A stretch of 64,000 bases of DNA from NCBI GenBank assembly GCA_965205975.1, contig OZ242195.1, positions 3,104,001 through 3,168,000 on the forward strand, in the 5' to 3' direction. Every line of letters starts with the position of its first letter. The stretch's first letter is position 1. A program made the translations under genes and the position numbers. The notes below the pieces were generated by a model, which saw only the letters and a program-made list of their open reading frames with translations, did not search any database and had not been told where the DNA came from. This DNA is from Candidatus Latescibacterota bacterium. Its GTDB lineage: Bacteria; Latescibacterota; UBA2968. Of the stretch, positions 29,185 to 39,013 are shown piece after piece.

Positions 29185-30534
29185 CTATACTGCGTTCCGC
29201 ACATCAATCTTCCCCGTCACCGCAGCGGAGATCACCACGGTTCGGCGTTCTTTGAGCAGATCAATCGCCGTTTCACATTTTTCAATGAGGGTATCAATCT
29301 TCGCCGTTTCTTGGTTGAGGAATGCGGCGATTTGCTTCTGTTCTTCCAGTGGAGGCAACGGGAGTATGAAATTACTGATGGCATAAGTTCCAAGACCATA
29401 TCGCGTTATGCCATTGGCTCGGGTGGCGAAGAAACTCCTCGCATATCGGGAGTCCATGACTCGCTTCAAATACTCACCGCATGTCCCTTTCTCTGGTCTT
29501 AGCAGGGCTAAGTGATAACCACAGACTACACCTTCTAAATCCTGTGGGACATAAGTAGGTACAGCAATGTCGTTGGGGTCTTCGGAATCCTTTGTGATTA
29601 TTGTGTCCCCTCTTTTCAAAGTGAACTTTCTGATCTGAACATCAGATGCAGTCGCCTTCATAAGGGACAAATCTTCCGTAATTTCTTCGTTGTAATACAC
29701 ATCGGTATAGTTACAAAGCCGCACTTCCTTTTCATTTTCTTTACTCTTCTTATCCACGTTACTTGGCTGAACCGCTGCCACAAACTTCAGCTTTTTTATT
29801 TTCCACTCTATCGGCACCTCTCCCAACCACCCAATCCCACTATCTTTCATCTTCACATTCGGGTTCAATCCTCTGGTAACGGCATGTGAAATGATCGCCT
29901 GCCGCTTTTCCTGAAGCAGTGTGATCAATTGCTCTTGCTTGTCAATGAGGATGTCGGTATTCGTCGTTTCTTTGTCGAGGAATGCGGCGATTTGATTTTG
30001 TTCTTCGAGTGGAGGAAACGGAAGTATGAAATTACTGATGGCATAAGTTCCAAGTCCATATCGCGTTATGCCGTTGGCTCGGGTGGCGAAAACACTTCTC
30101 GCATATTGGGTATCCATAACCCGCTTCAAATACCCACCGCATGTCCCTTTCATAGGTCTTAGCAATGCCAGATGATAGCCGCAAACCACGCCTTCCAAAT
30201 CCTGTGGGACATAAGCTGGAACAGCAATGTCGTTGGGGTCCTCAGAATCCTTTGTAATTATGGTATCTCCGCTTTTCAAAGTAAACTTTCTGATCTGAAC
30301 ATCTGACGCAGTCGCCTTCATAAAGGGCAAATCGGCTGTAATCTCTTCGTTGTAATACACATCGGTATAGTTACAAAGCTGTACTTCCTTTTCATCCTTT
30401 TTGCTCTTCTTATCCACGTTACTCGGCTGAATCCTCGCAACAAACTTCAATTTTTGGGTCGTCCATCCCGCAGGTATTTCTCCCAACCACTCAACCCCAC
30501 TCTCCTTATATTCTGCATACTTCCGAAAGCTCAT
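29185..30534 (-). CDS. hsdS: Type I restriction enzyme specificity subunit with two near-identical TRDs
   Basis: YKESGVEWLGEIP, PPLEEQ twice, AVTRGLNPNVKMKDSG, AAVTGKIDVR; internal DNA repeat with a 660-bp offset. Confidence 0.96.
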   Translation of the reverse strand: MSFRKYAEYKESGVEWLGEIPAGWTTQKLKFVARIQPSNVDKKSKKDEKEVQLCNYTDVYYNEEITADLPFMKATASDVQIRKFTLKSGDTIITKDSEDPNDIAVPAYVPQDLEGVVCGYHLALLRPMKGTCGGYLKRVMDTQYARSVFATRANGITRYGLGTYAISNFILPFPPLEEQNQIAAFLDKETTNTDILIDKQEQLITLLQEKRQAIISHAVTRGLNPNVKMKDSGIGWLGEVPIEWKIKKLKFVAAVQPSNVDKKSKENEKEVRLCNYTDVYYNEEITEDLSLMKATASDVQIRKFTLKRGDTIITKDSEDPNDIAVPTYVPQDLEGVVCGYHLALLRPEKGTCGEYLKRVMDSRYARSFFATRANGITRYGLGTYAISNFILPLPPLEEQKQIAAFLNQETAKIDTLIEKCETAIDLLKERRTVVISAAVTGKIDVRNAV

Positions 30535-30569
30535 GTGTCGTTCTCCTCAGCGGACTCGCATTGCGAATC

Positions 30570-30593
30570 GGGCGACGCATGCGTCGCCCCTAC
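30570..30593. repeat. GTAG-family REP
   Basis: GGGCGACGCATGCGTCGCCCCTAC; related copies at 38457 and 43775. Confidence 0.75.
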
Positions 30594-30640
30594 GATTCTA
30601 CTGGACCTGTGTATGCCTGGCCCCTACGATTCTTTTGGAT

Positions 30641-30820
30641 ATAATTGTGTCAGCAGTGGTGACACTTTTAACGGGTTGAGACGGTCCATGGTAATTGTCT
30701 CGGCGATGCTGAGACTTTTGGCGGCCTGAACACGATCCCCAATAATTGTCGCACCACTGGTGAGACTTTTTGCGAGTTAAACACGAACTACAGTTTGTGT
30801 CACCAGTGGTGACACTTTTT
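30641..30820. repeat. Four-unit, ~50-bp-period array of 19-bp palindromes between hsdM and hsdS
   Basis: Palindromes start at 30647, 30697, 30748 and 30797; each is preceded by TT and followed by TTTT. Confidence 0.85.
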
Positions 30821-30849
30821 GAACGAAGTCACGACGGAGAATCGCGTTA

Positions 30850-32897
30850 TCACCCATTCAAAATCCCTCCAACCGTTTCAACAATACCATCCGTCACACC
30901 TTCAATCATTTCAACAATACTATCCGTCACACCTATCAAATCTGCACCAATCTCATCTAACGGACGGGGCGGTTTGAATGTGTAGAAATACCGGTTAAAA
31001 GGAATTTCGTAACCCACTTTTGTCTTGCTGTAATCTATCCAGGCCTCCGGCACATGGGGCTGGATTTCGCGTTCGAAATACGCATCAATATCCTCCCGCA
31101 ACGGCACATTTTCATAATCGCGCAAATCGGGATAGGGTTCTGGTTCTCCCTTGCGATTGGTACAAACATCAGCGGTCTCGTCATACTCCCCCAACGATTG
31201 ATAGATCAACTTCAACTGAGCCGTTATAATATTCACTTGCGCCCCCGTAAAAGCATCCGTAAGAATGCGAATAAATTCATCGCGGTTTTTGTATTTGCAA
31301 TCACCCTCAAGCGTCGCCAGAACCTCGAGAACGCGCTGCTGCTGTTCTTGCGGCAAACGGGCAAAACTCCTCGCCGATTTGAGAATCTCAACGCGATCTT
31401 CACACACCTGAAAATTGCGCTTGAGCGGACGCTCAATGGTAATGCGCTGATACCCGAAATCAACATTGTCAAAAATCTTCACGCGATTCCTGAATAAACC
31501 CTTTTCAGGACATGCCTGCACATCCTCAAAATCGCCAAACAATTGCGTAATCTCCGCGATCTGTCCATCGGAAATCTCCTTGCGCTTGCTACCCAGGCTC
31601 TGGATCATCGCAACGTGAAAATCTGCGGCATTGATCAATTGCACTTTACCCTTGCGCTGCGGCGTCTTCTGATTTGTAATAATCCAGATATAGGTCGCAA
31701 TACCCGTATTGTAAAACATATCCGTAGGCAGGGCTATAATCGCTTCCAAATAATCATTCTCAATAATCCAGCGCCGGATCTCGCTCTCCCCACTGCCCGC
31801 GCTGCCCGTAAAAAGGGGCGATCCATTGAGCACAACAGCCAGACGGGACAAATCGCCATTCTGATTGAACTTCGAAATCATGTGCTGCACAAAAAGCAAA
31901 GAACCATCGCTAACACGCGGAAGCCCTGCGCCAAAGCGTCCCCTATAACCGAGGTGATTGGCTTCGTCCTTAATCTCGGATGCCACCTTCTTCCAATCAA
32001 CTCCAAACGGCGGATTGGACAACATATAGTCAAACTGCTCATCGGGAAGGCCATCTTCTGTAAAACTATTGCCAGGATGAATATTCTTCGCATCTTGTCC
32101 CTTGATCATCATATCTGATTTACAAGTCGCATAACTCTCATCATTCAACTCCTGCCCGTACACAATCAAACTGGCTTCTGGATTGAGTTCCCTGAGATAA
32201 TCCTCCGCAATAGAAAGCATCCCGCCCGTGCCACACGCCGGATCGTACAACTTGCGAATTATACCCCGTTGGGTCAGCGCCGCCTCATCCTCTAAAAAAA
32301 GAAGATTAACCATCAACCGGATAACTTCACGAGGCGTAAAATGCTCGCCAGCCGTCTCATTGCTCTGCTCGGAAAACCTGCGGATGAGTTCTTCAAAAAT
32401 ATATCCCATTTGCAGATTGGAAACGCGATCCGGATGCAAATCCGCCTGTGCAAAACGGCTGACAATCAGATAGAGCAAATTATCCCGGTCGAGCCGCGCA
32501 ATCTGCTCTGGCAGATTAAAACGGTCGATAAAAATATCACGCGCATCATACGAAAACCCGTTAATCATATTATTCAAATTCGCAGCAATATTGTCGGGAT
32601 CGTCCAGCAACCTCTCAAAGGTAAACGGACTTGTATTGTGGAAATTGTTTCCACTCGCCATATTGAGCATAGTCTCGCGCATTGTATCGTCGATATTCTC
32701 AGGCAGAGTTTCCAATTGCGCTGCACAGCGTCTTTCGTCGGCACCAACACGCAATCGAGCCGTCGCAAAACCGTGAACGGTAGCACCACCTTTCCATACT
32801 CCGATTGCTTGTAATTACCCCGCAGAAGTTCCGCAATGGACCAGATAAAACCGATATGTTCACCAAAACTCGCACGGGTACTCGAACTGTTTGTCAT
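30850..32897 (-). pseudogene. hsdM: Type I R-M methyltransferase subunit, frameshifted near 32725
   Basis: The N-terminus [29 protein letters not shown] is in ORF 32574-32897. The remainder (GEHFTPREV, YDPACGTGG, NPPF) is in ORF 30850-32754, a different frame. Real mutation and assembly error cannot be distinguished here. Confidence 0.85.
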
Positions 32898-33094
32898 GGA
32901 TACCCCTTATATTTATTATAGACGACTCAAAACCACTGAATGGCGTTATGTTCATCTGCAACACACAGCCACAACAACAGTAATGACAAAAAACCCTCTG
33001 GATCGCGGCTCAACATCATGCCGCGATGACAACCAAAACCATCGGGTTTAAGTCAATAAACTTATTTGACAGACCCCTAACCCAAGGAGATCCC

Positions 33095-33985
33095 ATGTCC
33101 ACACACTTTGTCTTTGTCACAGACAGCCATCACCACGCCGCTGCCGCAGAAGATTTCGGCGCGCCCAAAATGCTGACGCGCAGCCATGAAATACACCGTG
33201 CAATGGTACCCGCCATCAACGCCTGCAAAGCGGACTTCATCGTACACGGTGGCGACGTGGTCTGCGGCGGTGGCGCATTTGAAATGCCCTTTGATATTTA
33301 TTTGCAAACCATAGACGAAGCCAAAAACGCGTTTGACGGCCTTCACGCGCCCACATACTACGTCCCGGGTAACCACGATTGCGATGCCCAGGAAGGGAGT
33401 TTTGAAGCTTTTGCCAGACAATTTCCAATCCCCGAAACCCTGGACATCATCGAAGCCGCGCCGCGCCTGCGCCTGGCACTCGCCAACGTATATCCCGTCA
33501 GCCCACTAAAAGACAGCCTGGGCACATGGACAGAAGCACACGACCGCATCTTGCGCGAAGCCGCCGCAAGAGCTTACGATGACCGTTGCGCCCTCATCCT
33601 GTTCATTCACCCCTGGGTCTTCCCCCAATACGAAGCACAGGGCGGCATTGTCACCAACGCCGAGCAACTCATGGAAGCCGTAAAAAACCTGCCCGCTGTC
33701 ATAGCCATCTTCACCGGACACAGACACATCAATCGCATCCGCATGTATCGCGACTTCCTCATCGTTGACACCGCCTGCCTGATTGGTTTCCCACTGGGCT
33801 TCCGCGAAGTCTGGCTCACAGAAGACGGCTACTTCAAAACGCGCTTCCGCACACTGGACCTGCCCGACCTGATGCAGGCTTCCTTTGACCGCTCACCCGT
33901 ACAAACAAATCAGATGTGGCAAGGAGAAATTCACGACCGCGACACAGAAATCTTAATCCCGCGGCTAAAAACCCTCTGGGAATAA
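33095..33985 (+). CDS. Calcineurin-like metallophosphoesterase
   Basis: TDSH, GGD, GNHD and GHRH motifs; AAGGAG RBS before ATG 33095. Confidence 0.9.
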   Translation: MSTHFVFVTDSHHHAAAAEDFGAPKMLTRSHEIHRAMVPAINACKADFIVHGGDVVCGGGAFEMPFDIYLQTIDEAKNAFDGLHAPTYYVPGNHDCDAQEGSFEAFARQFPIPETLDIIEAAPRLRLALANVYPVSPLKDSLGTWTEAHDRILREAAARAYDDRCALILFIHPWVFPQYEAQGGIVTNAEQLMEAVKNLPAVIAIFTGHRHINRIRMYRDFLIVDTACLIGFPLGFREVWLTEDGYFKTRFRTLDLPDLMQASFDRSPVQTNQMWQGEIHDRDTEILIPRLKTLWE

Positions 33986-33986
33986 A

Positions 33987-34772
33987 CTATCGCCCCTGAA
34001 AATCCGGCTTGCGCTTCTCCATAAATGCTGCGCGGCCCTCTTTGTAATCCTCACTTCCAAAACAGGCATCGATAACCCGCTGGCACAAATCGAGATCGCG
34101 CTGATCTGCATCTTTGCCAATCTCTGCAATAATCTGCTTGGTCGCGCGAATCGTAAGCGGTGCATTGCCCGCAATAGTCTCCGCATAATCATCCACATAA
34201 GCGTCTAACGCATCCCGCGACAAAACCCGGTTAATCAGACCCATGTGATACGCCTCAGAAGCATTGAACCGACGCGCCGTGAACAAAATCTCGCACGCAT
34301 TGGCCGGACCCACCAGACCCACAAGCGGTTTGAGCGCACCGTACCCATACCCCAGGCCCAGCTTCGCAGCGGGAATGCCAAAAGACGAATCATCGGACGC
34401 AATCCGCAAATCGCAACACAGCGCAGTAGCAAGCCCCCCGCCAATACAATACCCCGCAATTTTGGCAATCGTGGGCTTGAGCACATGCGCGAGCTTCTCA
34501 TAAGCGCGTCCCATAGTCGCATTATACACCTCCACCGCATCTGCCGTCCCGCGTTGCGCTTCAAACTGCGAAATATCCGCCCCTGCAGAAAACGCCCTGC
34601 CACCCTCCCCCGAAAGCACAATAACGCGAACAGCATCGTCCGATTCAAAATCGTCAATCGCCCGCGCCATACCCTGCCACATCTCATAAGAAATGGCATT
34701 GTGTTTCTCTGGCTGATTCAGGCGAATATGCCCAACACCGCCGTCTTTCTGCACAATAATTTTATCCGTCAT
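33987..34772 (-). CDS. Enoyl-CoA hydratase/isomerase
   Basis: AFSAGADI, GYCIGGG..CDLRIA, EGRAAFMEKRKP. Confidence 0.93.
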   Translation of the reverse strand: MTDKIIVQKDGGVGHIRLNQPEKHNAISYEMWQGMARAIDDFESDDAVRVIVLSGEGGRAFSAGADISQFEAQRGTADAVEVYNATMGRAYEKLAHVLKPTIAKIAGYCIGGGLATALCCDLRIASDDSSFGIPAAKLGLGYGYGALKPLVGLVGPANACEILFTARRFNASEAYHMGLINRVLSRDALDAYVDDYAETIAGNAPLTIRATKQIIAEIGKDADQRDLDLCQRVIDACFGSEDYKEGRAAFMEKRKPDFQGR

Positions 34773-34792
34773 TGAACTCCCCACAGAGAACA

Positions 34793-35980
34793 TCAAACGA
34801 CATTCTCCTCTTTCATAGTCGCAATTTCACCTTCCGAAAACCCAAACTCGCTCAAAATCTCATCCGTATGCTCACCCCGTTCGGGCGATGCCCTGTAAGG
34901 CAGATCTCGTGCATTACTCAAATTAGTCGCATTCCTCACCACATCGCAATCCCCCATAACACTGTGATTCACCGAACGCGACATCTTCAAATGCATAACC
35001 TGCGGATCGGACCACATCTCATCCATCTTATAAATCGGCCCACACGGCACACCCGCTTCATTCAGCGCATCAATCCAATGGGCACTATCTTGCCCTATAA
35101 AATACTTTTGCAAACTCTCATTCAGCGCATCCCGATTTGTCAACCGCACTCCGCCATTGGAAAACCTCTCATCCCTGTACAAATCCCCAGCACCCAGCAC
35201 ATCGCACAAACGCTGCCACATAAGCTCTCCACTACAGGCAATATTGATATACCCATCGCGGGTCTGAAACACACCCGTCGGAATACTCGTGGGATGATTA
35301 TTACCCGCCTGCTCGGGCACCTCATTTGCAATCAGCCATCGCGCCGCCTGAAAATCCAGCATCGCAATCTGAGCTTCCAGCAATGACGTATGCACCCACT
35401 GCCCCTCCCCGGTCTCCTCGCGCTGAAGCAAAGCCGTGAGAATACCAATAGCGGTGTACAAACCAGAAGCGAGATCAGCAATCGGCACCCCAACGCGCAC
35501 CGGCCCCTGCCCTGGCAAACCCGTAATCCACATCAACCCTCCCATACCCTGTGCAATCTGATCAAAACCCGGTCGCAATCTGTACGGACCCTCCTGCCCA
35601 AACCCCGAAATACTCGCGTACACAATACCCGGATTCTCTCTCTTACACCTCTCATACCCAATATCGAGGCGGTCTTTAACATCCGGCCGAAAATTCTCCA
35701 CAACCACATCCGCGCGCTTAACCATGCGGAAAAACGCCTTCCGTCCCACATCGGCTTTGAGATTCAAAGTCATCCCGCGTTTGTTCCGGTGCAAATTTTG
35801 AAAATCCGGCCCGTGACGCGGTCCCCCCATAGTCTTTGCCTCGTCGATATTTTCAGGCGGCTCAATTTTAATAATATTCGCCCCCCAATCCGCGAGCTGA
35901 CGCACAGCAGTGGGACCCGCACGCACGCGGGTCAAATCGAGCACAGTAAAACGGGCGAGAGGGGCATGTCCATTATTCAT
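34793..35980 (-). CDS. CaiB/BaiF family III CoA transferase
   Basis: VLDLTRVRAGP, RNKRG, DVVVENFRP, SISGFGQEGP. Confidence 0.94.
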   Translation of the reverse strand: MNNGHAPLARFTVLDLTRVRAGPTAVRQLADWGANIIKIEPPENIDEAKTMGGPRHGPDFQNLHRNKRGMTLNLKADVGRKAFFRMVKRADVVVENFRPDVKDRLDIGYERCKRENPGIVYASISGFGQEGPYRLRPGFDQIAQGMGGLMWITGLPGQGPVRVGVPIADLASGLYTAIGILTALLQREETGEGQWVHTSLLEAQIAMLDFQAARWLIANEVPEQAGNNHPTSIPTGVFQTRDGYINIACSGELMWQRLCDVLGAGDLYRDERFSNGGVRLTNRDALNESLQKYFIGQDSAHWIDALNEAGVPCGPIYKMDEMWSDPQVMHLKMSRSVNHSVMGDCDVVRNATNLSNARDLPYRASPERGEHTDEILSEFGFSEGEIATMKEENVV

Positions 35981-36050
35981 AACACAAGTAACTCCTCAGA
36001 AGCTGTTTTAAAACTCATATTGCCCCTTCCTCGGCTATGACCTATTGCCC

Positions 36051-36171
36051 TGTCATTCTGAGCGGAGCGCAGCGGAGTCGAAGGAGCGGGGTACAACTGG
36101 CCGCTTCTCAGGCCAGTTCATCTGCTACTGACGCAGGTGGTAAAGATGCTTCGGCTACGCTCAGCATGACA
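36051..36171. repeat. TGTCATTCTGAGC...GCTCAGCATGACA palindromic repeat carrying a 35-36 bp hairpin insert
   Basis: First 33 bp are identical to 22773-22805; right arm AGATGCTTCG..CTCAGCATGACA; insert at 36084-36119. Confidence 0.8.
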
Positions 36172-36196
36172 AAACGCCGGACATCCGTAACATCAG

Positions 36197-36994
36197 TCAG
36201 TAACTTACACCCGGCGGCATCTTGGGCGGCAGAGGTTGAACAATCTTACGTCTTTCGGGCGTCAAGCGTGCAATCAACTCAGGCGAAGGCTGATAGCCAT
36301 ATCGGTCATTGCCCCAGTGCGGACCATAGCGAATAATAGCAACGCGACGCTCACCGGGACGCGTGCGCTCTGACGAACCGTGCGCCATACAATCCACAAA
36401 AAAAATCGCATCACCCGCATCGAGCTGAATCTGAACAGCAGCTTCAACGCGATCCAGCGAATGCCCACTACCCGTACCCCTGGGATCATTAAACGCAGGA
36501 TGAAGCAAATTGGACTTATGCGAACCGGGAATCGCCATCGTCGCCCCATCGCCATCTCCAATATCGTTCAAGGCCAGCAAAATATTGATCTGCCCACACC
36601 GAAACTGATTGTTGTGAAAGCGAAACTGCGTGCGGATGCGCCGCTTGTGCGCGCCCGAATGAATGCGCGTCGCACCGCCACGAGACCGAATATCAATAAA
36701 TGACTCATCGATAAAAAGACCATCATCCCCACCGACAAAGCGCCTCATGTGATGAACCCACGATGGATGATCAATCAAGCGTTCAAAAGATTCACCCATC
36801 TCAAAAATATTGTGCAAATGTCGTGCGCCCCCGCTCCGATGAACCCACCCCCGCCATCCATCGGGTTCGAGATCGTCATACTTATCGATAATCTCATTGA
36901 GTTCGACGAGATGCTCGGCATCCACGGCATTTTTCAGCACAATATACCCGCGCAAATCAAAAAGGTACTCTTCCATTTCAGTCGGTTGCATCAT
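36197..36994 (-). CDS. Phytanoyl-CoA dioxygenase (PhyH) family protein
   Basis: FDLRGYIVL, GATMAIPGSHKS, AGDAIFF...HG; start placed at ATG 36994. Confidence 0.85.
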   Translation of the reverse strand: MMQPTEMEEYLFDLRGYIVLKNAVDAEHLVELNEIIDKYDDLEPDGWRGWVHRSGGARHLHNIFEMGESFERLIDHPSWVHHMRRFVGGDDGLFIDESFIDIRSRGGATRIHSGAHKRRIRTQFRFHNNQFRCGQINILLALNDIGDGDGATMAIPGSHKSNLLHPAFNDPRGTGSGHSLDRVEAAVQIQLDAGDAIFFVDCMAHGSSERTRPGERRVAIIRYGPHWGNDRYGYQPSPELIARLTPERRKIVQPLPPKMPPGVSY

Positions 36995-37667
36995 TTCCCC
37001 CAAGAATATTGCACAACTCCGACAAACTGCTGATCTCATAATCAGGCTCCGGAATACCATCCCGCCGCACAGCCCCATCCCGGTTGAGCCATGCAATAGA
37101 GATACCAGCCCGCCTTGCACCCACAATATCGTCCTCCTGAGAATCGCCGACATACAGAGTCTGGTCGGGATCGGCGCTGAGAGCCTCAAAAGCACAAAAG
37201 AAAATATCGGGATTCGGCTTATAACACCGCGCGGACTCTGAACTAATCACAACCGGAAAACTCAACTCATTAGCACGCAAAGCAGACGTGAGATGCTCGT
37301 GATCCGCATTGGAAATCACACCGGTTTTCACATCGGGCAGTGCATCAACAGTCGGTTTCACATCGCAAAACAAGGGCACACGGCCAAAAGCGTCAAAAAG
37401 ACCTGCCGTATAAGACTCGGGATTCGCCCGCACATTCAAATCGGCAAACGTCTTCTCCAGACCGATAATATGCGCGTCCCAAAACGAGATAAAATCTCCC
37501 TCTCTCAACAGGGGAAAAAAATACCGGTCCCAGTGATCGAGAAACGCCTCCTTGCTCATATCGATCTGCAAATCATCCACAATAATCTGACACGTCTCGT
37601 ACAGCGCATCAAAAGCTGTGTCAAAAAGCGTCCCATACCCATCAAAAAAAATCGTGTTATAATTCAC
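36978..37667 (-). CDS. HAD-superfamily hydrolase
   Basis: FFDGYGTL, ISNAD, YKPNP, YVGDSQEDDIVGA. Confidence 0.92.
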   Translation of the reverse strand: MNYNTIFFDGYGTLFDTAFDALYETCQIIVDDLQIDMSKEAFLDHWDRYFFPLLREGDFISFWDAHIIGLEKTFADLNVRANPESYTAGLFDAFGRVPLFCDVKPTVDALPDVKTGVISNADHEHLTSALRANELSFPVVISSESARCYKPNPDIFFCAFEALSADPDQTLYVGDSQEDDIVGARRAGISIAWLNRDGAVRRDGIPEPDYEISSLSELCNILGGNDATD

Positions 37668-38410
37668 CGATAATCCTCCGCATCCCCCTCGGGTTCAAAA
37701 CCGAGCACATCGCGTGCATGCGTCATATCCCGATAGCTATACTTGTTATTCGAAACCACATAAAAAATATCAAACTTGAGATCATCGGACACCTCAATAC
37801 ACGACTCGACCATGCCAGCAATCGTACTTTGACTGCACCACACAGAATAACCGCGCGTCCCATTGGGCCGATCCTCGGCATTCACCGCACCAATACGCAG
37901 ACAAATAACAGACAGATCCGTACTATCGGCATAATGCCGCGCCAAAGCCTCGCCCCAGACCTTTGTACAACCGTAAATCCCACGCGGGCGCGTAGGCGTC
38001 CCGTGGGAAAACTTATCCCATGTCTCAGGCACCTCATCGTATCGCCCCGCCACAATTGCACCATAAGGTGAATCATTCTCCCAACCCGCTGTCACCGAAC
38101 CGCTACTGGCAAAAATAACGCGCTTGACCCCGGCGCTGAGCGCCGCTTCAAAAACATTATAAGTCCCCACGATATTGTGCGCGACAAACCCCTCAAAATC
38201 GCTTCTAATCGCAGCAGCCAGATGCACAACCGTATCAACCCCCTCAAACGCCGGACAAATCGCGTCAAAATCCGAAATATCAGCCCGACGACAATCCACG
38301 CCAGCCACATCGCGGCGATTGAGCGCACGAAGCTCATACTTGCCCTCAAGCTGCTCGCGAACAGCCCCGCCAATAAGCCCACTCATACCTGTAATGAGAA
38401 TTTTTTTCAT
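37664..38410 (-). CDS. NAD-dependent epimerase/dehydratase (uronate dehydrogenase-like)
   Basis: TGMSGLIG, VVHLAA, FASS, YGCTK. Confidence 0.9.
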   Translation of the reverse strand: MKKILITGMSGLIGGAVREQLEGKYELRALNRRDVAGVDCRRADISDFDAICPAFEGVDTVVHLAAAIRSDFEGFVAHNIVGTYNVFEAALSAGVKRVIFASSGSVTAGWENDSPYGAIVAGRYDEVPETWDKFSHGTPTRPRGIYGCTKVWGEALARHYADSTDLSVICLRIGAVNAEDRPNGTRGYSVWCSQSTIAGMVESCIEVSDDLKFDIFYVVSNNKYSYRDMTHARDVLGFEPEGDAEDYR

Positions 38411-38456
38411 ATGTTATCTCCCTGAACGTTTCACCTCTCTGTAAAATCACATCAGC

Positions 38457-38532
38457 GGGCGACCACAGGGGGTCGCCCCTACAAACACCGGATTAACAAT
38501 ATTGTCGTAGGGGACGGCCCCTGTGCCGTCCC
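38457..38532. repeat. Inverted pair of GTAG-family REPs
   Basis: GGGCGACCACAGGGGGTCGCCCCTAC ... GTAGGGGACGGCCCCTGTGCCGTCCC. Confidence 0.75.
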
Positions 38533-38666
38533 GTCAGTCAGCCCTTATCGCATCCTCAATCAGAATACATTGAGAATCGGAATTTATCAAGACTGATTTT
38601 GCTTGTGGTTCTCTCTTCTTATGCCCGAAGCCAAATCTACGGAAGCCATCAGTAAAGCCCCAATAG

Positions 38667-38703
38667 AAAAAGCCCAACGGTTTGAAAAGGCCGTTGGGCT
38701 TTA
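38667..38703 (-). terminator. Intrinsic terminator
   Basis: AGCCCAACGG-N10-CCGTTGGGCT followed by a T-run on the minus strand, downstream of 38739-39011. Confidence 0.8.
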
Positions 38704-38738
38704 AAAAAATAAGATCCGATTGAACGGTTTGCTGGCTG

Positions 38739-39011
38739 TCAAACCGGGCTGTGATGCTCTGTTTGAGACACTACAGGAACAACCTCTCGAATGGCATCCC
38801 AATCAATCACAGCAACCCACAGATTTTCTTTTTGGGAGAATCTAACCACACCATCCACTTCTAAATCTTCGCTATAAAGGATCAGCGATTGTCCTTCTTT
38901 CAAAAAAATTTTCTGACATGCAAGGTCTTCTACAGTCCCAGCGCAGTTCAAACGCAACCTGCCTTGTGCATCCGCGTTATGAAAGTCTGCGAACACTCTT
39001 GGTTTTTTCAT
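38739..39011 (-). CDS. 90-aa hypothetical protein, putative immunity/antitoxin
   Basis: ADFHNADAQGRLRLNCAGT...WVAVIDWD; starts 2 bp after the stop of the putative toxin gene. Confidence 0.65.
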   Translation of the reverse strand: MKKPRVFADFHNADAQGRLRLNCAGTVEDLACQKIFLKEGQSLILYSEDLEVDGVVRFSQKENLWVAVIDWDAIREVVPVVSQTEHHSPV

Positions 39012-39013
39012 TT

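Noticed and set aside
30641..30820. Canonical CRISPR array
   Set aside because: The repeats differ from each other, the spacers are only ~20 bp and mutually similar, and no cas1 or effector genes are nearby. Kept as a non-CRISPR array finding.
32574..32897. Separate 107-aa gene, or programmed/phase-variable frameshifting of hsdM
   Set aside because: It is the hsdM N-terminus, and no slippery heptamer or simple repeat is visible at the shift.
33000..33031. Hairpin ATCGCGGC...GCCGCGATGACA upstream of the phosphoesterase
   Set aside because: Looks like half of a palindromic repeat; no partner arm or other copy in the window.
36037..36336. 99-aa ORF (VILSGAQRSRR...)
   Set aside because: It is a translation of the palindromic repeat plus antisense of the PhyH gene.
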